Shown here in pieces: positions 19,284-28,130 of a DNA stretch of 64,000 bases (position 1 is the first letter of the stretch; each line of letters opens with the position of its first letter). This DNA comes from an uncultured bacterium (GTDB lineage Bacteria; Omnitrophota; Omnitrophia; Omnitrophales; Aquincolibacteriaceae): assembly GCA_964373045.1 (NCBI GenBank), contig CAYJSI010000001.1:31650-95649 (forward strand). Direction: 5' to 3'. The notes beneath the pieces are model-generated. The model saw nothing but the letters and a program-made list of their open reading frames with translations. It did no database searches and was not told where the DNA came from. Both the position numbers and the translations under genes were made by a program.

Positions 19284-20522
19284 GTGACCCGAGATCCCTC
19301 CCTCGCGATCATTGGTGGCGGCATCGTGGGTCTTTCCACGGCCATGCAGCTTGCCCGGCAATTTCCGGACCTAAGTCTCACCCTCCTCGAAAAAGAAAAC
19401 GAACTTGCGAGCCACCAGACCGGTCATAATAGCGGCGTTATCCATTCTGGGATTTACTACGCCCCCGGTTCCCTTAAGGCACGCCTTTGTGTCGAAGGGG
19501 TGAAGCGACTTCTTGCTTTTGCGGATGACAATCAAATCCGCTACGAGCTTTGCGGAAAAATAATTATTGCGACAAGTGAACGCGAAGTCTCGGCACTCCG
19601 CACCCTCTTTGAACGCGGAAGGGCAAACGGTGTCACCGGCCTTGAGCGGATTGATCAAAAAAGAATCCGTGAACTCGAACCTCATGCCGCAGGCAGGGAG
19701 GGGCTCTATTCTCCTCGAACGGGAATCATGGACTTTCGCGCCGCGGCGATTGCCATGTCACGGCGCTTTTGCGATGCAGGCGGTGTCATTCGCACTCAGT
19801 CCAAGGTTCTGAAAATTATCCGGGAGGGCGATTCCTATATCCTCGAAACAACTTCCGGTGAGGTCCGCTCGAAGTATCTCATCAATTGCGCAGGACTTCA
19901 TGCCGACAAGATAGCGAGATTGGCAGGTGTTCAAACCGATTTAAGGATTATCCCCTTTCGAGGAGAGTACTGCCGGGTACGCAAAGAAAGAAAATCTCTT
20001 GTCAAAAACCTTATCTACCCTGTTCCGCTGCCCGAGCTGCCTTTCCTGGGAGTCCATTTTACTAGAACCGTTGACGGCGTCCTGGAAGCCGGGCCCAATG
20101 CGGTCCTGGCGCTGGCGCGCGAAGGCTATCGCCGAACGCAGATTCATTTCGGAGATGCGATCGAGATGGCAGCAACAGGGAATTTTTGGAAGATGGCGGG
20201 AAAATATTGGAAGACGGGTATTTTTGAATCTTATCGGGCCATGAGCCGGAAGGCCTTCGCCCGCGAACTCCAAAAACTGGTTCCGGAAATCCGTGAAGGG
20301 GACCTGACGGAAGGGCCGAGCGGTGTGCGCGCCCAGTGTGTGGATGGGGACGGATCCCTTGTGAATGATTTTAAAATTCTAGAAGCGCCTCACGCCATCC
20401 ATGTACTCAATGTGCCGTCTCCCGCCGCAACAGCATCGCTTGCGATCGGTGAATACCTTGTTGGGTTAGCAAAAAAATCTTTTGAACTCAAAGGAAGGGA
20501 AAAAGCAACTCGTAGTTTTTAA
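19284..20522 (+). CDS. lhgO: FAD-dependent L-2-hydroxyglutarate oxidase/dehydrogenase-like protein
   Basis: AIIGGGIVGLSTAMQL (FAD-binding fold), HQTGHNSGVIHSGIYYAPGSLKARLC, FRGEYCRV, GPNAVLALAREGYRR and VLNVPSPAATASL all match my recollection of LhgO/YgaF-family sequence. Confidence 0.55.
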   Translation: MTRDPSLAIIGGGIVGLSTAMQLARQFPDLSLTLLEKENELASHQTGHNSGVIHSGIYYAPGSLKARLCVEGVKRLLAFADDNQIRYELCGKIIIATSEREVSALRTLFERGRANGVTGLERIDQKRIRELEPHAAGREGLYSPRTGIMDFRAAAIAMSRRFCDAGGVIRTQSKVLKIIREGDSYILETTSGEVRSKYLINCAGLHADKIARLAGVQTDLRIIPFRGEYCRVRKERKSLVKNLIYPVPLPELPFLGVHFTRTVDGVLEAGPNAVLALAREGYRRTQIHFGDAIEMAATGNFWKMAGKYWKTGIFESYRAMSRKAFARELQKLVPEIREGDLTEGPSGVRAQCVDGDGSLVNDFKILEAPHAIHVLNVPSPAATASLAIGEYLVGLAKKSFELKGREKATRSF

Positions 20523-20528
20523 TCTCTT

Positions 20529-21260
20529 ATGCTTCCCTCAGTCAAATCTCTCACCATCATCATTCCCGCCTACAACGAAGAAAAAAATATCCGACCGACG
20601 TGCGAGGGGATGATCCGTCTCGCTGAAAGGCACCTGAAGGATTACGAAATATTAGTATTTGATGATACAAGCCAGGACCGAACGAGCGATGTAGTTCGTG
20701 AGCTCCAAAAAACGAACCCTCATTTGATCTTAATTCGGAATCCTGTGAATATGGGCCTTGGATATAATTATCGTGCCGGGGTGCTCAAGGCACGGTGCCA
20801 ATATGTCATGATGGTGCCCGGAGATAACGAGATGGTCGCCGAGGCCTTAGACGATCTCTTTCGGGAGATCGGCACCGCCGATATGTTTATCTGCTATTCG
20901 GCCAATCCCGAAGTGCGGCCCGGTTGGAGGCAGTTCATTTCAAAGCTTTTTACCGGAACCCTAAACATGCTTTTTGGGCTTAAGATCCGTTATTATAATG
21001 GCCCTTCCGTCATTCGGACCGATTTGGCAAAAGAGTTTCTTCCCTCTACCAACAGCTTTGCCTATATGGCCGTCATGCTGGTTCAGCTCCTGAAGGCAGG
21101 TTACGCCTATAAACATATGACCTTCGCCCTCCAACCGAGGCAATTCGGCATGACCAAGGCCTTTCAATTCAAAAATGTGGTCAATGTGATACGAGATATC
21201 CTGATCCTTTTCTGGAAAGTACGCATCTTGCGTTCTTGTAAGGGATTAAGCAGGCCTTGA
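20529..21260 (+). CDS. GT2 glycosyltransferase
   Basis: LTIIIPAYNEEKNI...ILVFDDTSQDRTSDVV...MMVPGDNEM are GT2 motifs. Confidence 0.6.
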   Translation: MLPSVKSLTIIIPAYNEEKNIRPTCEGMIRLAERHLKDYEILVFDDTSQDRTSDVVRELQKTNPHLILIRNPVNMGLGYNYRAGVLKARCQYVMMVPGDNEMVAEALDDLFREIGTADMFICYSANPEVRPGWRQFISKLFTGTLNMLFGLKIRYYNGPSVIRTDLAKEFLPSTNSFAYMAVMLVQLLKAGYAYKHMTFALQPRQFGMTKAFQFKNVVNVIRDILILFWKVRILRSCKGLSRP

Positions 21261-21278
21261 CAGGCCTAGGCCTGTCAA
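21257..21278. promoter_or_regulatory. Perfect 22-bp palindrome TTGACAGGCCTAGGCCTGTCAA overlapping the GT2 stop codon (candidate operator or stem-loop)
   Basis: Read directly from the sequence. It lacks a T-tract, so it is not a classic intrinsic terminator. It lies 96 nt upstream of the B12-radical SAM gene. Confidence 0.25.
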
Positions 21279-21374
21279 ATTAACATAGGGCGTTCACAGT
21301 CGGCCGTTGGCCGGTGCGCTGAGAGAGGGAATCAAGAAACGGCGTCTTTCGTCGACATTTAGACTAGGAAACCA

Positions 21375-23309
21375 GTGAAAATTCTCTTTATCCACAAAGA
21401 AGAAGATCCGATCGATCCCATGCAGATTGAGCTTCTTTCCGCCCTTGCGAGGCGGGAGGGGCACGATACCTTCCTCAATATTCTTCAGCATAAAAATCTT
21501 GCCGAGGATCTGCGCCGGATCCGTCCCAACCTCGTGGCTTATACCGGGAAAACCGGTGAGCACAATACGCTTCTAAAGGTCAATCGCTACATCAAAGACA
21601 CTTACGGTGACAAGGTCTTCACGATCATGGGAGGCCCGCATACGACCTTCAATCACAGCGGCATGCAGCTCTACGGAGAGAGCGACGACGAGTTTCAAAA
21701 TTTTCGCAATACCCGTGCTGAGCTAAAAATTTTTACGGGAAACAAACAACGTCATGTGGTGGCTGAAAAATCAGAACTCGATGCCCTCTGTTTTGGCGAA
21801 GGGGATGATGCGTGGGTTGAACTATTAAAAGCCCTCCAAGAGGGCCAGTCGATTGATGACATCCCTAATATCATTACGCGCACCAACCGTAAAAAATATC
21901 CGGAACCTCAGTTCCGTGAGCGCCGCATTGATCTTGACGATCTCCCTTTCTACGACCGCAAGCTGGTTTATGACAAAACCTTTCTCGCCCATTTTCCGAT
22001 GCGCAGTTTTATGTCGAGCCGCGGCTGCCCCTACCGGTGCACGTATTGTTTTAATTTTGACTACAACCGGACTTACAGCAAGGCCGGAAAAATGGTCAAG
22101 ATGCATAACCGCTACGGCGTCGACCGCTTGATTGCGGAGGTCAAAGACTGGCTTGCCCTGGAAGAAAAGCACGGCTATACCAAAACCCAATTCATCAAAT
22201 TTTATGATGATATGTTCGAATTCCGGGTGAGCCCGTGGCTTGAGGAATTCTCTGAAAAATTTCCGCGGGAGGTCGGCCTCCCGTTTTCCTGCCTGGTCCG
22301 CTGCGACGTTTTTTCCCACGAAAACAAGGACGGCTCGGTCCAGGAGCGAGAAGAAATCCTTCACTACCTCAAAAGAGCAGGCATGCGTTCCATTAATATG
22401 TCGATTGAGGCGGGAAATAATTTCATCCGTGAAAATGTTCTGGTGCGCGACATGACGGAAAAAGAAATCCGCTCGTCCTTTAACATGATGAAACGTAACG
22501 GTATTGGTACGTTTGCCAATACCATTCTAGGAATTCCCGCGCCCGTGATCCCGCGACGCTCGGATCCGCAATTTGACCAAAAGCTCGGTGTCTCCATCGA
22601 TCAAGTGCACAAGGCTTTTTTTGTGGCAAAAAAACAAGCAGGGGGTTCTCAGGGGCCGAAATATCCGGAAGTCTTCGATTCCATTGCCGATCATATCGCG
22701 ACCGGAACGATCACAGAGGACATGCGCCAGCAGGCGGTTCAAATCATGGAATCCATGCAAATGCGCTATGACGTCCTGGATTACGATATCGAATCCGTCG
22801 AACTCAATGTTCAGCTTGGCGTTCATCAAGCCCTTTTCCCGCGTCTTGAGCCGTATCCGGGCACCATTGTCACCGATTACACGATCGCCATTGGAGTTTT
22901 TGACGGAGATTTTGAAAAGCTCCACAGTTCCTGCCTTTCAAGCTCTGCCTTTCTGTGTTATGACAAAAGACAGCGCATGGTGCAGGACAACCTTTCATTT
23001 CTCGGTCAGGTCTGTACGGTTTGGCCGTGGCTCTGGCCCCTTTCCAAAAAATTTCTGATTTATCTTCCGCTCACCCATCTTTACTGGATTATGTTCGTTC
23101 TTGCAAAATCGTATGTTGTAAATAAGCATGTTTATCCGATGAAATTCAGCGTTAAGGATTTTATCCGGTCCGCCTACCGCATTATTCTTTTTGAAGTCAA
23201 ACAGTTTTTTCGGCCCGAAGCAGGAGAAAATTTTTACAAGAAGCCCAAAGGATGGATGGCGCGCGCTGCAAGCCCCACGGACACCCTCGGCGGTCGTTGG
23301 GAGTCCTAA
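21375..23309 (+). CDS. B12-binding-domain radical SAM protein
   Basis: CPYRCTYC (CxxxCxxC) about 215 aa in, after an N-terminal Rossmann-like domain. A long C-terminal extension carries hydrophobic segments. Confidence 0.55.
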   Translation: MKILFIHKEEDPIDPMQIELLSALARREGHDTFLNILQHKNLAEDLRRIRPNLVAYTGKTGEHNTLLKVNRYIKDTYGDKVFTIMGGPHTTFNHSGMQLYGESDDEFQNFRNTRAELKIFTGNKQRHVVAEKSELDALCFGEGDDAWVELLKALQEGQSIDDIPNIITRTNRKKYPEPQFRERRIDLDDLPFYDRKLVYDKTFLAHFPMRSFMSSRGCPYRCTYCFNFDYNRTYSKAGKMVKMHNRYGVDRLIAEVKDWLALEEKHGYTKTQFIKFYDDMFEFRVSPWLEEFSEKFPREVGLPFSCLVRCDVFSHENKDGSVQEREEILHYLKRAGMRSINMSIEAGNNFIRENVLVRDMTEKEIRSSFNMMKRNGIGTFANTILGIPAPVIPRRSDPQFDQKLGVSIDQVHKAFFVAKKQAGGSQGPKYPEVFDSIADHIATGTITEDMRQQAVQIMESMQMRYDVLDYDIESVELNVQLGVHQALFPRLEPYPGTIVTDYTIAIGVFDGDFEKLHSSCLSSSAFLCYDKRQRMVQDNLSFLGQVCTVWPWLWPLSKKFLIYLPLTHLYWIMFVLAKSYVVNKHVYPMKFSVKDFIRSAYRIILFEVKQFFRPEAGENFYKKPKGWMARAASPTDTLGGRWES

Positions 23310-23327
23310 CTCCTGTCCGAGCTCTCA

Positions 23328-23837
23328 TTGACTTTGACCCTCCGTCTCCTCGTTATTCCCTTTATCAGTTTCGCGGGATGCCTGATCTTCCATATTCTTT
23401 TATGGAGGTTTTATCGCCCGAAACATCAAGCCTCAGCCTTATTAGGGATCCTTATCGGCCTGCCCTTTATGATTTTTCTCTTCTGGAAGCTCCCCCGGCC
23501 CTATTTTCCCTGGACGGATTTTTATGCCATCCTGCTCCTCCACACCTCCCTTAGCCTCGCCTATATTCTGGTGTACCCGGCGAGCCAAGCCGATAGCCCG
23601 TCCTTTAAAATCCTTCTTCACGTCGGGAGGGCTATGCCGTCGGGATTAAGCACTGAGGAGATTCAATCACGGTTTCCTGCCAGCGCTCTGCTCGATGCCC
23701 GTATCCAGGACTTGATCAACGCCAACCTGGCCCGCGTTCAATCAGATAGGTTAATTTTAACGCGCCAGGGAAGGTACTTCATAAAACCCTTTATCATGCT
23801 GCGCAAAGCGCTGGGGCTTCCCGCCGGCGCCGGTTAA
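23328..23837 (+). CDS. Hypothetical small membrane protein (4 predicted TM helices plus a basic C-terminal domain)
   Basis: ORF only; no recognisable family. Confidence 0.35.
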   Translation: MTLTLRLLVIPFISFAGCLIFHILLWRFYRPKHQASALLGILIGLPFMIFLFWKLPRPYFPWTDFYAILLLHTSLSLAYILVYPASQADSPSFKILLHVGRAMPSGLSTEEIQSRFPASALLDARIQDLINANLARVQSDRLILTRQGRYFIKPFIMLRKALGLPAGAG

Positions 23838-23845
23838 TTTCAACC

Positions 23846-24373
23846 GTGGCTTTCTTCCTTTTTTTGCTGACCCTATCCCCGCTGCTTGCCTTTGCCATTC
23901 ATTTCCTCATGGCGTGGTTTGTCCAGATTTGTCACCTTCGAATGACTCCGCTGGCCGTTGCCCTTAGGGCCGTCCTGTCAGGTTACGTCGTCATGAATTT
24001 CCTTAGCTTGAAACATGTGATACTGCTTAAAGGATTTCATTTCGGCATTTTCTTTTATTTCCTATACGGGACACTCGTCTATGGGGGTCTTGCATTTTCT
24101 TATTTTCAATTTTTCGCCATGACGGAGACGGCAAGGCGCATTCGAATTTTGCGTGCTGCGTACGAAAGCGAGGGGCTTTTTATCGCCGACTTAAAAAAAA
24201 GTTATGACGCAGAGGATATGCTGAGCGTCCGTCTGGATCGACTGGTGACGTGGAAGCAGCTTAAGATGAACGAGGGGAGATTCGTCCTGGCAAGCCATAC
24301 CCTCCACAGAATCGCAAAAATTATCGATGCCTGGGCCGTCGTCCTTGGTTTTTCAAAGCGCGGATCCTCATGA
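23846..24373 (+). CDS. Hypothetical small membrane protein, apparent paralogue of the preceding ORF
   Basis: Similar size (about 170 aa) and similar TM-plus-C-terminal-domain architecture to 23328-23837. Confidence 0.35.
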   Translation: MAFFLFLLTLSPLLAFAIHFLMAWFVQICHLRMTPLAVALRAVLSGYVVMNFLSLKHVILLKGFHFGIFFYFLYGTLVYGGLAFSYFQFFAMTETARRIRILRAAYESEGLFIADLKKSYDAEDMLSVRLDRLVTWKQLKMNEGRFVLASHTLHRIAKIIDAWAVVLGFSKRGSS

Positions 24374-24882
24374 AATTTCAGGCCCTTACCAACCACGTCC
24401 TTCGGGATCATGTGCTGATCGGCGGCCTTGCGGCGGCATGTCTTGCGCCGTTCTGGGGCCCGTGGGAAAGTCTCGCCTTTTGGATCGCCACGGTCATGGT
24501 CGACGCCGACCATTATTTACACTATCTCAGCTGTACAAAAGGGAGACACTTTGGCATTGGCCCCATGCTTCGCTTTCACGAGGAACTTTTCTCTAGGCGC
24601 CACCGTCCCGAGCTCCTCGTTTTGGAAATTTTTCATACGGTTGAATTTGTCCTCCTGCTGGGATGGGCCGCTTTTAATTATTTTCAAGGCCTCATCCCGG
24701 TTTTTTGGGGTGTTGTCTTTCATATGGCCGTGGATTTTATCCATCTCAAACGATATGGAATTTTGAGCAAGCGGGTCAATAGCTTCCTGGAATACGAGTG
24801 GCGAAAGAAGGGGCTTCTGAAGCAGGGCTTAGATCCCAGTCGGCTGATGGAAGAGACGTTGAACGCCGCAAATTTAAGGTAA
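24370..24882 (+). CDS. Hypothetical His-rich membrane protein (possible membrane-bound metal-dependent hydrolase, DUF457/YdjM-like)
   Basis: VDADHYLHY and HMAVDFIH histidine clusters flank hydrophobic helices. Confidence 0.3.
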   Translation: MKFQALTNHVLRDHVLIGGLAAACLAPFWGPWESLAFWIATVMVDADHYLHYLSCTKGRHFGIGPMLRFHEELFSRRHRPELLVLEIFHTVEFVLLLGWAAFNYFQGLIPVFWGVVFHMAVDFIHLKRYGILSKRVNSFLEYEWRKKGLLKQGLDPSRLMEETLNAANLR

Positions 24883-24895
24883 CGGTGCGGTTTGC

Positions 24896-26659
24896 TTAGG
24901 CAGGCAGATCGATTCGATAGATGATGACCTCGTGCTTTTTGATGCGGCGCCCCACCTTCAATTTCATGAAGTTCAGCAGCTTCAAATATCGCATAAACCC
25001 CGTGGGGGCATCGTAGAAATTGTAACGATTCCAGAGCGTGACGCGGTACCCTGCCCTTCGGAACGATTCTAGCCGTTCGGCGTCTTCGCTGCGCGAAAAG
25101 AAATAAAGCAAACCTTCCTTCTCTATTTTGGCACGCGCCGTTTCAAACCAATCAGCCGGAAGATTGTACCAATCGATCACCCTGAATCTCTGCTCAAGCT
25201 CTGAGTGTTTGAGATAGATCTCCCAAGGCCCCGGCTCTTTTCCGTAGGCTTCTCGAAAAAGATCCTTCTCGGCCTCGACCTGCACCCACTGCATGCCTGC
25301 GAAATGTTTGGAGATTCCAGTATAAAATCCGTAATTCGGAATGGCAGTAAAGAGAATCGCGCCGGTCAGAACCCAACGAAACATTGACCGGCGATTACGC
25401 AAAAATTCGAAGCGCTCACTCCAGACTCCCATCCCCATAAAAAAAAGCAAGACCCCGGGGACATAGGCAAAGTTTAAGAACCGCGTGTCATCCACCGTTA
25501 ATCCGTTGGCAAATCCCGCCACCGTGGCCGCGAACCAAATCAAAAGGATCCAAAATTCATGCTCGAGCCGTGCCGGGTCCATCGATACTTTTGAAAAAGA
25601 CTTCTTTCGAAACCGTGAAAGGATCCATGGAAGCAAGAGCAAGTTAAGCCAGAATAACCATCCGATAAAAAACCCCATATTTTCCGTAAGAGATCGCGGG
25701 ATCTTTTTGCGGCAAAGCGTGGTCAAGGGAAATTCTCCACCCGCAACAAAAAAAGTCCGCTGCAACATATTTTTCCAGTGAAAACTCAGGGTTGTTTTAT
25801 CTTTGCTATCCACATCTTCAGCAACTTCAGAGGAGGCCACGCCCGGCTGGGAGGCAGTCGTGTGGGATTGAGTTTTGAAGGGGATAACCAACATTATCAT
25901 CGCCAACGCGGTCACGATCAAGAGGGAGAGGCGCCGAAGACCGATGCGAGTCGTTATGAACCGAAATCGCCAAACAAAAAAACCCAGACAAACCAAAGGC
26001 AAAATTTTCTCACTGGATTTAAGTTTGATGGCAAGCCAGATCGCGAGCACCCAGCCCATGATTTGAAGGAGAAAGCTCGCAAAGGATGGGGAACGTTCAA
26101 AGGTTAAACGCGACAATAAGAGTAGGGCCGTGATTGAAAGAATTGAAATGGTGGGCTGAAAATCACCGGAAAAAGTCGAGGTTAGTGTGTAATAATTTGT
26201 AGGAAAACTTGTGTAGAGAATGACAGCGAGCCAGGCGAAAAGTTTGCTCCCTGTCCAGCGATAGATCAGGAAAAAAAAGAGGGCCGATAAAAGTCCCGCG
26301 CCTACGGCAGCGGTCAGATGAAAGGGGATCAATGAATCAGCAAAAAGATCGAAATAAGACTTCATCCATAAAAACTGAAGTGGTCGTAAGAATTCCATCA
26401 TCCGATCCGGGGGATAAAACCATGCGGGGGACAGGGGATTTAAGGTCCGCAAGAAGAGATCGGAATAAGTGGAGGCGTTTACCCCGCGCAAGTTAATTGT
26501 GATGTGATCCGAATTAAAATCTGTCGGCAGGCCCAACCAGTAAAAGCAAATAAAGGCAAAGGAGAACAAGAAGGCTAAGAGAAGATGCTTTTTAATCGGG
26601 GCGGGAACCCAGAATGTCGTGGACGTCATAGGAGCTTTCATGATAACATTTTGTGTCAT
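24896..26659 (-). CDS. Large multipass membrane protein (putative GT-C-type glycosyltransferase) with a C-terminal soluble domain
   Basis: 587 aa with more than 10 hydrophobic helices. It is divergent from the carrier-protein cassette. Confidence 0.4.
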   Translation of the reverse strand: MTQNVIMKAPMTSTTFWVPAPIKKHLLLAFLFSFAFICFYWLGLPTDFNSDHITINLRGVNASTYSDLFLRTLNPLSPAWFYPPDRMMEFLRPLQFLWMKSYFDLFADSLIPFHLTAAVGAGLLSALFFFLIYRWTGSKLFAWLAVILYTSFPTNYYTLTSTFSGDFQPTISILSITALLLLSRLTFERSPSFASFLLQIMGWVLAIWLAIKLKSSEKILPLVCLGFFVWRFRFITTRIGLRRLSLLIVTALAMIMLVIPFKTQSHTTASQPGVASSEVAEDVDSKDKTTLSFHWKNMLQRTFFVAGGEFPLTTLCRKKIPRSLTENMGFFIGWLFWLNLLLLPWILSRFRKKSFSKVSMDPARLEHEFWILLIWFAATVAGFANGLTVDDTRFLNFAYVPGVLLFFMGMGVWSERFEFLRNRRSMFRWVLTGAILFTAIPNYGFYTGISKHFAGMQWVQVEAEKDLFREAYGKEPGPWEIYLKHSELEQRFRVIDWYNLPADWFETARAKIEKEGLLYFFSRSEDAERLESFRRAGYRVTLWNRYNFYDAPTGFMRYLKLLNFMKLKVGRRIKKHEVIIYRIDLPA

Positions 26660-26738
26660 TTTTGTTTAGCCAATTGTGCTGTGAGCTTCCAGGAAATCCC
26701 AAAGGAAACCCAATCGTCTAAAGGAGATAAACTTATTT

Positions 26739-27041
26739 ATGGTTTCAGAAGACCGCGTCAAAGAGCTAATGCTAGAGGCCCTCAAAAAAGTGAAGGAGGC
26801 CGAAGAGATTTATAAAAACCTTCCTTTGAATGATCAGACCATCGTCCTGGGACGGGGCGGGGCCTTCGATTCCATCGCCTTTACAGCCTTTGCCACGGAT
26901 TTTGAGGAAAAAATGGAAGATGAGACAGGTTCTGAGTTTATTCTTAAAATGGACGAGCTTTTTTCTAAAAGTAAAGGCAAGTCCGACTTTACAGTGGCCG
27001 ACCTCGCAAGGTTCGTGGCCGGAAAGAGTGGGCGCAACTAA
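26739..27041 (+). CDS. Acyl/peptidyl carrier protein-like (phosphopantetheine attachment Ser in GAFDSIAF)
   Basis: 100 aa and acidic, with a DSI serine motif in the position of the ACP DSL motif. AAGGAG Shine-Dalgarno lies 12 nt upstream of the ATG. Confidence 0.45.
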   Translation: MVSEDRVKELMLEALKKVKEAEEIYKNLPLNDQTIVLGRGGAFDSIAFTAFATDFEEKMEDETGSEFILKMDELFSKSKGKSDFTVADLARFVAGKSGRN

Positions 27042-27044
27042 CCG

Positions 27045-28118
27045 ATGGAAAAGGTCGTTTCTTCTGAGGGGCCCATGACCGCCGAAAGCAAAATCACGGA
27101 GGAACTCTCGACCCTCATTCGTGGTTTTTTCGCCACTCCCGTGATTTCTGGTTTGGGGAGAACAGGCGTGCTAAAAATGATTCTGGAGCGTGAGCGCTTC
27201 TCGCCGGGTGACTTTGCGGCCGTCCCCAATAAGCAATTGCTCACCTACAGCTTCCGATACCTTGCACGAATCGGCCTTCTTGAACCTGAAAATGAATTAA
27301 GGGGCGAATACCGCGCCAGCGAACTCGGCCGCCAGGTTTTTCAGCGGGTGAACTCTTTTTATGCCCCTCACTCTTACCGCGATTACATGCTCCATTACCG
27401 GGAGCAGTTATTGAACGCGGGCCCTTATCAAACGCTCAAGGTTGACCGTCTGGAAAATATCATCGGAAGCGGGCGCACTCATGAGCGTTATTTTCCGCCG
27501 GCGGTTTCTTTCTTAAAACGAAAGGTTCAATTTGATGTTTTGGCCGATATCGGGTGCGGAGACGGGCGGTTCTTGGAGTTTGCTTTAAAAGGCATTCCTT
27601 CCATCAAAGTTGTCGGAATTGACTTATCGGAGATTTCAACAGAAACCACGCGAAAAAATCTTCAACAGAAATATCCCGACCGCACAATCCATACCCTCTG
27701 CTCAGACGCAAGCGATATTGAAAAGTGGAGCGAACCGCTTACCCGTTTTGTCGGAAAGGAAACCCTTGCTATCTCCATGTGGTTTTTGCTCCATGAAATT
27801 TCGCGGAGTGAACCGAAAAATGTTTTGGAATTTCTCCTTCAGGTCCATCGCCTCTTTCCTAAGACACCGCTTGTGATTTGTGAGCTGGTCCGTCAAAGCG
27901 CTGAAGTTTTATCGCGATCCCGCAGGGAAATGATCATGCCGGAGTATTTGTTTTTTCACGACATTTCGCTGCAAGGAGTCCTCTCCTGGCGGGACTATCA
28001 ATCCATCCTCAAAAATATTCCCTACCAACTGGCAAGCGAAAGGCTCTTTGACGAGATTGGGAACGAAGGGGCGAAGGAGCCCGCCACTTTTGTGTGGTGC
28101 CTCACCCCCCGGCAGTGA
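27045..28118 (+). CDS. SAM-dependent methyltransferase, plant-type OMT-like (dimerisation domain + class I MT)
   Basis: An N-terminal winged-helix dimerisation-like region is followed by VLADIGCGDGRFLEF motif I. Confidence 0.55.
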   Translation: MEKVVSSEGPMTAESKITEELSTLIRGFFATPVISGLGRTGVLKMILERERFSPGDFAAVPNKQLLTYSFRYLARIGLLEPENELRGEYRASELGRQVFQRVNSFYAPHSYRDYMLHYREQLLNAGPYQTLKVDRLENIIGSGRTHERYFPPAVSFLKRKVQFDVLADIGCGDGRFLEFALKGIPSIKVVGIDLSEISTETTRKNLQQKYPDRTIHTLCSDASDIEKWSEPLTRFVGKETLAISMWFLLHEISRSEPKNVLEFLLQVHRLFPKTPLVICELVRQSAEVLSRSRREMIMPEYLFFHDISLQGVLSWRDYQSILKNIPYQLASERLFDEIGNEGAKEPATFVWCLTPRQ

Positions 28119-28130
28119 CCCTCCAATTCC

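Noticed and set aside
21261-21374. Possible cobalamin riboswitch upstream of the B12-binding radical SAM gene
   Set aside because: The intergenic region is only about 114 nt, far shorter than a cobalamin riboswitch (about 200 nt). No B12-box-like conserved core was recognisable, only two short hairpins.
21825-22364. 179-aa minus-strand ORF, and several other antisense ORFs inside the radical SAM gene
   Set aside because: They are antisense to a CDS with clear CxxxCxxC and domain structure. The composition is typical of shadow frames.
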